Below are positions 53,322 through 62,666 of a stretch of DNA of 64,000 nucleotides, one piece after another. Under the pieces are notes generated by a model. That model worked only from the letters and a program-made list of their open reading frames with translations, did no database searches and was not told the DNA's origin. This DNA is from an uncultured Actinomycetes bacterium. GTDB taxonomy: Bacteria > Actinomycetota > Acidimicrobiia > IMCC26256 > DASPTH01. Where the stretch lies: the NCBI GenBank assembly GCA_963815405.1, contig CAWFGR010000005.1, positions 431,447 through 495,446 on the forward strand, written 5' to 3'. The position numbers and the translations under genes were made by a program. How positions within the stretch are numbered: the stretch's first letter is position 1; every line of letters starts with the position of its first letter.

Positions 53322-53702
53322 TCAGTTTCGAGCGAAGGGCATGAGTCGCAGCCCCCCGGGGACGGCGACCGGACGGCCTCCGTTCTCGAGGGAAGACGCC
53401 AGTGTCATGCGCTGGCGTTCGGTCAGCGATCCGAGGACCTTCGTCTCGGAGAGATCACAGCCCTGCAGGAACTTCCTGCAACGCGTCTCTCCCCACCGCC
53501 GCTGGCTGAGCAAGAGCTCGGAGACGGACATGGTCGCCGCTTCCTGCGGGCACGAGAGGATGACCTCGGCCGCCGGCAGGCTCCCATCTCCGACGCGCCG
53601 CTTGAGCTCGGCCCGCGCCAGGCGCACGGCATTCGCACGCTCCAGCGCGCGCAGATGCTGTGGCTGAGGGCGGGCAGGGACAAGCGTCGCGGATGCGCTC
53701 AT
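53322..53702 (-). CDS. MihF/sIHF-like actinobacterial nucleoid-associated (integration host factor-like) protein
   Basis: ATG at 53702 has GGAGG 9 nt upstream (the ORF track starts at 53753). The reading is 'LRALERANAVRLARAELKRRVGDGSL..MSVSELLLSQRRWGETRCRKFLQGCDLSETKVLGSLTERQRMTLASSL', which parallels the mIHF layout. Codon usage is atypical (lower GC3). Confidence 0.55.
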   Translation of the reverse strand: MSASATLVPARPQPQHLRALERANAVRLARAELKRRVGDGSLPAAEVILSCPQEAATMSVSELLLSQRRWGETRCRKFLQGCDLSETKVLGSLTERQRMTLASSLENGGRPVAVPGGLRLMPFARN

Positions 53703-54084
53703 AAAACGAACCTCCAGGTCGTCCGGCGAGTCTCGCGCGGACGTGCTCGGCATTGTGCGGATACCCGTCCACGTCTTCGCGCTGGGGCAAGGGCGGGCAA
53801 CGGGAGACGAACCCAGCGGCGGTCGCGCCCTGCAAACGACCGCTCGGCAATCCCTCGAAGACCCTCCTCCCCGTCGGCGCGAACGCGCTTCCGGTGAGCG
53901 GAGAAACTACGACAGCGCCGCTGGCAAGGTCAACGAAATGGCAACTTCGCCTGCCGCTAAGAGCGGACTATTTGTCTGACCCGATCCTTGTCCTGATCTG
54001 GACAAGCGAACGTCCATGTTCGTGGTTCTTCAACCCTCCGCAAACCGGTTCGCGCCGTGCCTGAGCACGTTGCGGGGGTGAGCG

Positions 54085-55349
54085 CTACTGCGGTCCGGGC
54101 AGGACGCCGTGCTCGGCCTCGAAGTCGCGCTTGACGCGACCAAAGGCGTCCAGAGCGCGGTCGAGGACGGCCCGATCGTGGGTCGCCATCACCGACGTGC
54201 GCAGCAGCGCGCCACCGGGCGGGACCGCCGGATGGATCGCCACATTCGTGTAGACGCCGGCGTCGTAGAGCGCACGCCAGAGGAGCACCGCGCGCCAATC
54301 GTCGCCAACCATCACAGGGACGATCGGCGTAATGACGGTGCCCCCGCCTGGAAGGGGGGCGGGATCGACGACCCGGAAACCGAGGTCGTGCAGACCGCGA
54401 TTGAGGTAGGCGCGCGTTGTCGAGAACGCGGGCAAAGAGCGGTGGTCCCTCGGCCGAGCGGCAGATACGGACCGCCGCGAGCGCGGCGCCGACGGCGGCC
54501 GGCACACCGGAGGCGGTGAAGAGGAACGGCCGCGCGGCGATGCGCAGGTACTCGATCACCTCGGCCGGGCCGGCGATGACCCCGCCGCACGAGGCCAGCG
54601 ACTTCGAGAACGTGGCCATGCGCAGGTCGACGCGGTCCTCGACGCCGAGCAGCTCGCTGGCGCCGGCCCCGCGAGCGCCCAGCACGCCGAGGCCGTGGGC
54701 CTCGTCGACCATCAGCCGGGCGCCGAAGCGCGAGGCGAGCTCGGCGATCTCCGGCAGCGGGGCGACGTCGCCCTCCATGGAGAAGACGCCGTCGACGATC
54801 ACCAGCACGCCGCCGCCGTCACCCGCCGCGCGCTCGAGCATCTTCTCGAGCTTGTCGAGGTTGCTGTGGCGGAACGGGCGCAGCTTGGCGCGCGAGAGGA
54901 TGCAGCCGTCGAGGATCGAGGCGTGGTCGCCCGAGTCCACGACGACCGTGTCGCCGGGCTCGAGCAGGGTCCCGATGGCGCCGAGGTTGGCCTGGTGGCC
55001 GGTGGTGAAGACGATCGCGTCCTCGGTGCCCATCCAGGCGGCCAGCTCGGCCTCGAGATCGAGGTGCAGGTCCAGGGTGCCGTTGAGCAGGCGCGAGCCC
55101 GTGACCCCGGTGCCGTAGCGGTCGATCGCCTCGTGTGCGCGCGGCGATCACGCGCGGGTCGGCGGTCAGCCCGAGGTAGTTGTTGGAGCCGAGCATGATG
55201 CGCTCGGCGCCCTCCATCTCGACGACGGGGCCGGCCGGTGACTCGAGCCGGCGGAAGTAGGGGAGGACGTCGGCGTCGCGCGCGGCACGCAGCTGCTCGG
55301 CCCGGTCGTGGCCGCGCACCTTCTCGAAGACGTCGATGGTGGTCCGCAT
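54085..55349 (-). pseudogene. alpha-oxoamine synthase family PLP enzyme (serine palmitoyltransferase / 8-amino-7-oxononanoate synthase / KBL-like), 2 frameshifts (~55130, ~54420)
   Basis: '[37 protein letters not shown]', '[45 protein letters not shown]', 'VDGVFSMEGDVAPLPEIAELASRFGARLMVDEAHGLGVLG' and 'RMATFSKSLASCGGVIAG' (Lys in the SKS motif). Confidence 0.8.
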
Positions 55350-55367
55350 GTAGGGTCCGCCGTCTCA

Positions 55368-56546
55368 ATGGCGCTCGACATCGTCCCGGTCGCCTCGCGG
55401 CGCGACCTGAACACCTTCATCAAGCTGCCGTGGCGGCTCTATCGTAACGAGCCGCACTGGGTCGCCCCGCTCATCTCCGAGCGCAGGAAGTTCCTGGACC
55501 GCAGCCGCAACCCGTTCTTCCGGCACGCCGAGGCCGAGTACTTCCTCGCCATGCGCGACGGCCGGGCCGTCGGGCGCATCACCGCTCACCTCGATCGCAA
55601 CTTCAACGAGTTCCAGGGCAACGACTGGGGCATGTTCGGCTTCTTCGAGTGCGAGAACGACCCCGAGGCCGCCGGCGCGCTGCTCGCGGCGGCCGAGGAC
55701 TGGCTGCGCGTGCGCGGCCGCGACCGCATGGTCGGCCCGATGGACTTCTCCACCAACGACGAGTGCGGGATCCTCATCGAGGGCCACGACCGCGACCCGC
55801 TGATCCTCTCGCCCTGGACGTTCCCCTACTACGCCGACCTGCTCGAGGGCGCGGGCCTGGAGAAGGCGATGGACCTCCTGATGTGGGAGCTGCACATCAC
55901 CGGCCGCGAGAACGTGCACCCGATGATCTGGCGGATCGCCGAGGAGGTCGAGACCAAGCACGGCATCACGGTGCGCTCGATGAACAAGCGCGACATCCAG
56001 GCCGAGGTCACGCGCTTCCTCGAGGTCTACAACGCGGCCTGGGAGCGCAACTGGGGCTTCGTCCCGCTCACCGAGGAGGAGGTCCGCCACTACGCGAAGG
56101 ACCTCAAGCCGATCCTCGACGAGAACTGGGCCTACATCGCCGAGCGCGACGGGGAGATCATCGGCGCGGCGCTGACGCTGCCCGACTTCAACCAGGTGCT
56201 CTCGCATCTGAACGGGCGCCTGCTGCCCTTTGGCTGGATCAAGGCGCTCTACTGGCGCCGCAAGATCGACCGGGTGCGGGTCTTCGCGCTGGGCGTCAAG
56301 CCCGATTACCAGCACACCGGGGTGGCCGCCGCCTTCTACAAGCGCCACTTCGACACCGCCGAGGTCACGCCCCAGAAGTGGGGCGAGATGGGCTGGATCC
56401 TCGAGACCAACAAGGCGATGAACCGGGCGATGGAGGGCATGGGGGGCAAGGTCGTACGGCGCTTTCGGATCTACGGCAAGGACCTCGACGGGGCCGGCGA
56501 GCCCGCCCTGCGCGGCGGTCGCGGCCGACCGCCGCGACGAGGTCTA
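55368..56546 (+). CDS. large (~390 aa) GNAT-superfamily N-acyltransferase-like protein; C-terminal stop probably displaced by a late frameshift
   Basis: ATG at 55368 lies 18 nt from the divergent synthase start. The reading 'FIKLPWRLYRNEPHWVAPLISERRKFLDRSRNPFFRHAEAEYFLAMRDGRAVGRITAHLD...FALGVKPDYQHTGVAAAFYKRHF..GWILETNKAMNRAMEGMGGKVVRRFRIYGKDL' is intact. The in-frame reading never stops, and TAG at 56544-56546 lies in a neighbouring frame. Confidence 0.7.
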
Positions 56547-56559
56547 GACTCCTCCGCTC

Positions 56560-56868
56560 GTGTCCGAGAGTCCCGACACCACCGCCATCGAGGCCGTCCC
56601 GGTCAACGGCGAGGTGCGCCCGATCGAGCCCGCTGCGCAGCACGGAACGGCCCTCGCGCTGCGCACCCCGGCGCAGGCCGCCGTCGTGGCGGTCACCGGC
56701 TTCGTGGCCGGCGCCGCGACCCTCGCGCTGGTGCACCGGCGCCGGACGCGCCGCGCGCTGACCCGCTCCGCGGGTCGCCGGCGCACGCTCGGGCGCAAGC
56801 GCGGCGAGGTCATCTCGGTCGCCGGCACCCGTTCCTTCCTGGTCGACGTCCACCTGCTGAACCGGTAG
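56560..56868 (+). CDS. small single-TM protein, Arg-rich C-terminus
   Basis: Intact 102-aa ORF starting at GTG 56560. The TM segment is 'AAVVAVTGFVAGAATLALV', followed by 'HRRRTRRALTRSAGRRRTLGRKRG'. Confidence 0.45.
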   Translation: MSESPDTTAIEAVPVNGEVRPIEPAAQHGTALALRTPAQAAVVAVTGFVAGAATLALVHRRRTRRALTRSAGRRRTLGRKRGEVISVAGTRSFLVDVHLLNR

Positions 56869-57772
56869 TGGCGCTCCCGCGCCGCGCCGTCGAGGTGCGC
56901 CGGGAGGTGCGCCCGCCCTGGCCGCTGCGGCTCGCGCTCCAGAACGGCATGGACGGCGTCCAGCGCCGCCGCGGCAGCGTCCTTGAGCGGCTGCTCACCG
57001 TCGGCGGCGACCCCGTCGTGGTGCGCGTCGCCCAGCCCTCCGGCAGCGAGGTGCTCTTTGGGGCATGGGCCGACACTCGCGACGCGGCCGAGCACGCGAT
57101 CGACCGCATGCGCTTTGCCCTGGGCGTCGACGACGACCTGCGCGCCTTCCACGACCGCTTCCGCGGCGACCCGCTGCTGGGACGCCTCCTGCGCGCGAAC
57201 CCGCTGCTGCGTGTCCGCCGGCGCCCCGAGCCCTTCGAGGCGCTGATGTGGGCGATCACCGAGCAGCTGATCGAGTTCTCGCGCGCGGCGGAGATTCAGC
57301 GCCGCCTGGTCTCGCGCCTGGGCCGCCGCTGCCCGGAGACCGGGCTGCGCGAGCCCCCGTCCGCGGCGCGGGTGGCGGCGCAGGCCCCGGCGCTGCTGCA
57401 GTCCCTCGACCTCTCCGGCGGGCGCTCGCTGGCGCTGATCCGCGCGGCGCGCGAGGTGGCGGCCGGGCGCATCGACCTGCACGCTGCCGACCACGAGCGC
57501 GCCTGGGCGCGTCTGCGGGCCATTCCGGGCATCGGGGCCTGGACGGTCGAGGTGCTCGCCGTCTCCGGCCAGGGGCGCTACGACCAGCCCATGGCGGGCG
57601 ACCTCGGACTGCTCAAGCTGGTGGGGCGCCTGCGCACCGGCGACCCGCGGGCCGTGGGCGAGGAGGACGAGGTGCGTGAGCTGCTGGCGCGCTATGACCC
57701 GTGGGCCGGCCTGGCCGCGACCTACCTGCTGCACGCCCGGCTGGACGCGCTGCCGCTGCCGGCGGCGCCTAG
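56868..57772 (+). CDS. HhH-GPD DNA glycosylase (AlkA-like); 3' end uncertain
   Basis: GTG at 56868 overlaps the preceding TAG. The reading includes 'RRRPEPFEALMWAITEQLIEFSRAAEIQRRLV' and 'LRAIPGIGAWTVEVLAVSGQGRYDQPMAGDLGLLKLV'. The frame stays open to 58124 and would overlap the convergent gene, so the end is set at a nearby out-of-frame TAG. Confidence 0.65.
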
Positions 57773-58793
57773 ATCCCCTGGCCCGGCAGGAACTCGTTCG
57801 TCAGCGCGTCCGCGGCTGCGCGGCGGCTGCTTGAGCAGGTCGTTGCTCGTACATCCAGCGGCCGTAGGACTCCCACGCGCCCTGGGTCCTGGCAGCCGAA
57901 CGGCTGCCGGTCGTGCGGGGAAGAAGACGGGGATCGTCGCCTTGACGCTCGCAAGCTGGAGCTTGCGGTCGAGGTCGGGGTTGGCCTTCACGAGCGGCGC
58001 CACGGCCTTTGCGGGGTCGTCGCGGGCGCCTCGTAGCCGGCCGTCAGCGCGCGCAGGAAGCGCCGATCTTGCGCGCCGTCGTGGCGAGGTGTGCTTTCGC
58101 GCGACCACGACGAGCTCGTCGTAGGTGGGTACGCCCGCGCTTGTCCACGGGGATGATCGTCGGGGCGCGGGCCGCGCAGGCGCAGCTCGACGCCCTCGTA
58201 GTTCCAGAAGCCGCCCAGGGTGGCGTCGACCTTGCGAGAGCATCGCGGGCACGAGGTTGAAGCCGACGTTGGTCTCCTCCACCGAGGTCGGATCGGCGCC
58301 CGCCTTGGCAGGATCGTCTTCAGGTAGGCCGACTGGTAGGGGATGCCGGCGGTGCCGACGTTCTTGCCGCGAGATCGGCGGGCGTGCGGATCTCCTTGTC
58401 GCGAGGGAGATGATCGAGGTCAGCGGCGCCTGGACGATGGCGCCAACGGAGACCAGGCTCAGCGCCCTTGTCGCGGGCCAGCAGCAGCTCGGGCTCATAG
58501 GAGATGGCGAGGTCGGCCTTGCCCGCGGCGAGCAGCTTCAGCGGCGCCGAGGGGTCCGAGGGCGCGCGGAGTGACGTCGAGGCCGGCCGGCGCGAAGTCG
58601 CCGTCGGCGATCGCCGCGTAGATGCCGACGTGGTCGGCGTTGGGAAAGTAGTCGAGCACGAGCTCGACGGGTCGGCGCTGCCGCGGGGCCAGCTCGAGTC
58701 CTTCTTCTCGCCGCAGGCGGCGAGCCCGAGCGCGAGCAGCGCGGCGGCGAGCAGCGCGAGGATCCTCGCGTTCCTCGTCGCTGTTCGGCCCAC
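57769..58793 (-). pseudogene. NMT1/THI5-like ABC substrate-binding lipoprotein (ThiY-like), many frameshifts
   Basis: GTG at 58793 gives 'GRTATRNARILALLAAALLALGLAACG'. Further fragments are 'ELVLDYFPNADHVGIYAAIADGDFAPAGLDV', 'APSDPSAPLKLLAAGKADLAISYEPELLLARDKGA', 'LVSVGAIVQAPLTSIISL' and the C-terminal '..AADALTNEFLPGQGI*'. Confidence 0.65.
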
Positions 58794-59504
58794 GGGACGG
58801 CGCGGCGCTCCGTCAGGGTCAGGGCCCCGAAGAGGACGATGGCGAGCCCGGCGAGGAGACCCGGCGGCGTAGGCGCGCGCGGTCTCGAGCTGCGGGATGG
58901 CCTGGAGCATGAGGTGGCCCAGGCCGTCGCTCGAGCCGGCCTGCTCGGCGAGCACCGCGCCGATCACGGCCACCGTGACGGCGATCTTGGCGCCGCTGAA
59001 GAGCGCCGGCAGCGCGGACGGGCGCCTCCACGCGCCGGAAGGACTGCCAGCGCGAGGCGTCGAGTGTGCGCATGAGCTTGAGCAGTCGGGGTCCACCCGC
59101 CAGAGCCCGTCGAGCGCCGAGACGACGACGGGGAAGAAGCAGATCAGCGCGATGATCGCCAGCTTGGGCGCGATGTCGTAGCCCAGCCAGGCGACGAGCA
59201 GCGGGGCGACGATCACGATCGGGATCGTCTGGGAGGCCACGAGCAGCGGGTAGACGGCGCGCCGCAGGGTGCGCGAGGCGTGGATGGCCGCGGCGAGGAC
59301 CAGCGCGGCGACCAGCGCGGCGAGGATCCCGAGCAGGACCTCCCAGGCGGTGACGGTGAGGTTGTGCCAGAGGATGGCGCGATCGTCGTAGAGCGCCGAG
59401 GCGATCTGGCTCGGCGCCGGCAGCAGGAAGTCGTCGACGCCGCCGAGGTCGGCGAAGAGCTCCCAGCCGCCGAGCAGCACGAGCAGGAGTCCGACCGCCA
59501 GCAT
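58790..59504 (-). pseudogene. ABC transporter permease (nitrate/sulfonate/HMP type, ThiX-like), 2-3 frameshifts in the 3' half
   Basis: 'MLAVGLLLVLLGGWELFADL..LLPAPSQIASALYDDRAILWHNLTVTAWEVLLGILAALVAALVLAAAIHASRTLRRAVYPLLVASQTIPIVIVAPLLVAWLGYDIAPKLAIIALICFFPVVVSALDGL' is followed by shifted 'ALFSGAKIAVTVAVIGAVLAEQAGSSDGLGHLMLQA'. The stop is not resolved. Confidence 0.7.
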
Positions 59505-60268
59505 CAGCGCAGCGCCTCCAGGGCCTGGGCGCGCAGCGCGACGAGGTCGGCGTCGGTGCGCGAGCGCGGGCGGGGGAGGGGAACGGCGAGCTCGGCCACG
59601 ACCCGGCCCGGGCGCGGTGAGAGCACCACGACGCGGTCGCCGAGCATGAGCGCCTCCTCGACGTCGTGGGTCACGAGCAGGACGGTGCGCGGCTCGCGCG
59701 CCAGCGCGCCCGCGAGCCACGCCTGCATGTCGTGGCGGGTCATGACGTCGAGTGCCGCGAAGGGCTCGTCCAGCGCCAGCACCGGCTTGCCGGCCAGCAG
59801 CGTGCGCACGAACGCGACCCGCTGGCGCATCCCGCCGGAGAGCTCGTGCGGGCGCGCCTCCTCGAAGCCCGCGAGCCCGAACTCGGCGAAGTGGACCTCG
59901 GCGCGCTCGCGCGCCCGCCCGCGCCGGATGCCCCGGTTGCGCAGCGGCAGCGCGGCGTTGTCGAGCGCGCTCAGCCACGGGAGGAGCAGATCGCGCTGCG
60001 GCATGAAGACGGCGGGCTCGGCGACGCAGGTGCCGTCGTCGGGGCGCTGGAGGCCGCACACGAGCTCGAGCAGGGTCGACTTGCCGCAGCCACTCGGGCC
60101 CACGACGGCGAGCACCTCGCCGCGGCCGACGCGCAGGCTCAGCCCGTCGAGCGCGCGGACCGGCCCGCGCGCCGAGTCGTAGCTCCGGACCACCCGCTCG
60201 AGGCGGACGGCGTCGGTTCCCTGAACGATGTGAGGCTCCTTCTTGGGAGCCTCGAGCCTCGCCTGCAT
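59504..60268 (-). CDS. ABC transporter ATP-binding protein (ThiZ-like)
   Basis: Intact 254-aa reading from ATG 60268: 'VLAVVGPSGCGKSTLLELVCGL', 'LSGGMRQRVAFVRTLLAGKPVLALDEPFAALD' and 'LLVTHDVEEAL'. Confidence 0.85.
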   Translation of the reverse strand: MQARLEAPKKEPHIVQGTDAVRLERVVRSYDSARGPVRALDGLSLRVGRGEVLAVVGPSGCGKSTLLELVCGLQRPDDGTCVAEPAVFMPQRDLLLPWLSALDNAALPLRNRGIRRGRARERAEVHFAEFGLAGFEEARPHELSGGMRQRVAFVRTLLAGKPVLALDEPFAALDVMTRHDMQAWLAGALAREPRTVLLVTHDVEEALMLGDRVVVLSPRPGRVVAELAVPLPRPRSRTDADLVALRAQALEALR

Positions 60269-60375
60269 GCTCCCTCCGCGGGCATTACCCCACAGGTTCG
60301 AAGGGTCGAATCCGCGTCGTGGATTCCTCTCAGCCGGGCGTTGCCCCAGCCCCCCTGGTTGTCGAGGGGGCACCG
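60269..60375 (-). promoter_or_regulatory. TPP (THI-box) riboswitch leader of the ABC importer operon
   Basis: The minus-strand RNA reads ..GGGGGGCUGGGGCAACGCCCGGCUGAGAGGAAUCCACGACGCGGAUUCGACCCUUCGAACCUGUGGGGUAAUGCCCGCGGAGGGAGC-AUG. It contains the THI-box core elements GGCUGAGA, ACCCUU-GAACCUG, GGGUAAUGCCC and GCG-AGGGA. The start codon follows immediately. Confidence 0.8.
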
Positions 60376-60388
60376 TAGCATCTCGCCC

Positions 60389-61231
60389 GTGAGCTTCGAG
60401 CAGATCACCTACGACGTCGCGGACCGCGTCGCCACGGTCACGCTGAACCGCCCCGAGCGGCTGAACGCCTACACGCCGACGATGCACGGCGAGCTGGTCG
60501 CCGCCTTCGACCGCGCCGATGCCGACGACGACGTGCGAGCGGTCATCGTGACCGGCGCCGGGCGGGCCTTCTGCGCCGGCGCCGACCTCGGCGGGGGCGG
60601 GTCGACGTTCGATCGCGGCAGCGACGAGCCGCGGCGCGACAGCGGCGGCGTCCTGACGCTGCGCATCTTCGCCTCGACCAAGCCGGTGATCGCCGCCATC
60701 AACGGCCCGGCGGTCGGCATCGGAATCACGATGACCCTGCCGATGGACGTCCGGGTCGCGGCCGACGACGCGAAGATCGGCTTCGTCTTCGCCCGCCGCG
60801 GGATCGTGCCCGAGGCCTGCTCGAGCTGGTTCCTCCCGCGGGTCGTCGGGATCTCGCGGGCGATGGAGTGGGCGGCGACCGGGCGCGTCTTCTCCGCGCA
60901 GGAGGCCTTCGACGCCGGCCTCGTCCGCAGCCTGCACCCCAAGGACGAGGTCGTCGCGGCCGCCCGGGCCCTCGCCGCCGAGATCGCCGAGCACACCGCG
61001 CCGGTGTCCGTCGCGCTCACGCGCCAGCTGATGTGGCGGATGCTCGGCGCCGACCACCCGATGGTCGCCCACCGCGCCGACTCGCGGGCGATGTCGGCTC
61101 GCGGGGCCTCGGCCGACGCGCGCGAAGGCGTGACCGCGTTCCTCGAGAAGCGCGCCGCGGCCTTCACGGACCGCGTCTCCGACGGGCTCCCGGACGTCTT
61201 CCCCGACTACCAGGAGCCCGAGTTCCGCTAG
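60389..61231 (+). CDS. enoyl-CoA hydratase/isomerase (crotonase) family protein
   Basis: Intact from GTG 60389: 'VATVTLNRPERLNAYT..VRAVIVTGAGRAFCAGADL..KPVIAAINGPAVGIGITMTLPMDVRVAADDAKIGFVFARRGIVPE'. Confidence 0.85.
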   Translation: MSFEQITYDVADRVATVTLNRPERLNAYTPTMHGELVAAFDRADADDDVRAVIVTGAGRAFCAGADLGGGGSTFDRGSDEPRRDSGGVLTLRIFASTKPVIAAINGPAVGIGITMTLPMDVRVAADDAKIGFVFARRGIVPEACSSWFLPRVVGISRAMEWAATGRVFSAQEAFDAGLVRSLHPKDEVVAAARALAAEIAEHTAPVSVALTRQLMWRMLGADHPMVAHRADSRAMSARGASADAREGVTAFLEKRAAAFTDRVSDGLPDVFPDYQEPEFR

Positions 61232-61232
61232 G

Positions 61233-62666
61233 TCACGAGTACTGCGTCGGGCGCGTGAGCGCCTTGACGAACTCCTCGAGCTGATTGGTCGTCCAGCACT
61301 CGAACGCCGTGCAGTGGCGCTCGTAGGCGGCGATCACGGAGTCGCCGTAGTTCCAGTACAGGCGCGGCTCGGGGTTCAGCCAGAACGTGCGCCCGGCGCG
61401 CTCGACGATGCGGGCGAAGATGTCGGCGCGCGGGTCGCGCCCGTTGGTGCGCGCGTCGCCGAGGACGATGACGGTCGCCCGCGGGTGCAGGTCGTCGGCG
61501 ACCATGGAGAGGAACTCGGTCCACACGCGCCCGTAGTCGGTGTAGCCCGACACGTCGGCGACGCCGGCGTCGCGCCCGATCGCCTCGGAGACCGCCTTGA
61601 AGTTGCGCTCGCGCTCGAAGACGTCGGTGACCTCGGAGATCCGTTCGACGAACACGAACGAGCGCATCTTGCGAAACGAGTCGTGCAGCGCGTGCAGCAC
61701 GGAGAGGAAGAAGACGGACGCCGAGGTGACGCTGGTCGAGACGTCGCAGAGCACGTAGAGCTCGGGGCGCCGCGGCCGGCGCGGGCGGAACTTCAGCTCC
61801 ACCGGGACGCCGCCCGTCTGCAGCGACGCGCGCATCGTGCGCCGCACGTCGACGTGGGCGTGGCGCTTGCGCCCGCGAGTCTCGTGGCCCTGCGTGGCGA
61901 GGCGGCGCTTGAGCTGGGCCACGACGCGGTGCACGGCGGCGAGGTCCTGGAGCGGCCCCGACGGGAGCGCGCGGTCGAGCTCGTTCAGCGGCCGGGCGGG
62001 CGGCAGCGCCTGGGTGCGCTCGATGAGCGCGCGCTCGAGCTCGCGGCGCAGGTGCGCCTCGAACTCGCGGATGCCCTCGGGCGGCAGGCCGATCTCCTCG
62101 CCGCGCTGGGGCTCGGTCATCGGCCGGGGCTCCGAGCGCAGGCCCAGCGTGCGCCGGATGCGCTGCACGTCGACGCCGATCACGCCCGAGCCCTCGCCCT
62201 GGCGCCCGAAGGCGGCGATGGCGAGCCGGGCGAGGTCGCGCATCGCGCCCTCGTCGCCGTCGCGGATCGCCTGGGCGATCGCATCGCGCAGCGCCTCGAG
62301 GTCGAGCGACTCCGCGCCCTCTGCGCCCTCGCCCTCGGGGGCCTCGCGCACGCCGCGGCGCACGGCCTCGGCCTCGGGGGCGCGGAAGAAGAAGCGCTCG
62401 AAGATCAGCTCGAAGATGCGCCGGTCCTCCTGGGACTTGGCCAGCGTCGCGGCCAGGCCCTCGCGGAAGTCGGCGCGGTCCTCCCACGCGATCTCGCCGA
62501 GCACCGCGAAGGCGTCGAGCAGCTCGGAGGTGCCGACCGCCATCCCCTCGGCGCGCAGCGCCTCGGCGAACTCGAGCAGCCGTGCGGCGATGCCCGGCGG
62601 GCCGGCGGCGGGCAGGCCGCCGTAGACGCGGCGCGGGCCGTTACTCGGCGGCGGCGATGGGGCCAC
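61233..62666 (-). CDS. coxE: VWA-domain protein, CoxE family
   Basis: Intact 477-aa ORF: 'ELYVLCDVSTSVTSASVFFLSVLHAL..', 'ATVIVLGDARTNGRDP' and 'FWLNPEPRLYWNYGDSVIAAYERHC'. Confidence 0.8.
   Translation of the reverse strand: MAPSPPPSNGPRRVYGGLPAAGPPGIAARLLEFAEALRAEGMAVGTSELLDAFAVLGEIAWEDRADFREGLAATLAKSQEDRRIFELIFERFFFRAPEAEAVRRGVREAPEGEGAEGAESLDLEALRDAIAQAIRDGDEGAMRDLARLAIAAFGRQGEGSGVIGVDVQRIRRTLGLRSEPRPMTEPQRGEEIGLPPEGIREFEAHLRRELERALIERTQALPPARPLNELDRALPSGPLQDLAAVHRVVAQLKRRLATQGHETRGRKRHAHVDVRRTMRASLQTGGVPVELKFRPRRPRRPELYVLCDVSTSVTSASVFFLSVLHALHDSFRKMRSFVFVERISEVTDVFERERNFKAVSEAIGRDAGVADVSGYTDYGRVWTEFLSMVADDLHPRATVIVLGDARTNGRDPRADIFARIVERAGRTFWLNPEPRLYWNYGDSVIAAYERHCTAFECWTTNQLEEFVKALTRPTQYS

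Noticed and set aside
55308-58124. A single 938-codon open frame that could be read as a giant fusion protein.
   Set aside because: It concatenates a GNAT-like protein (55368-~56500), a stop-free spacer with nonsense composition, and an AlkA-like glycosylase (56868-~57772). It then runs antisense into the convergent ThiY-like gene. A separate small gene (56560-56868) occupies another frame in between. The open frame is due to GC content plus a probable late frameshift.
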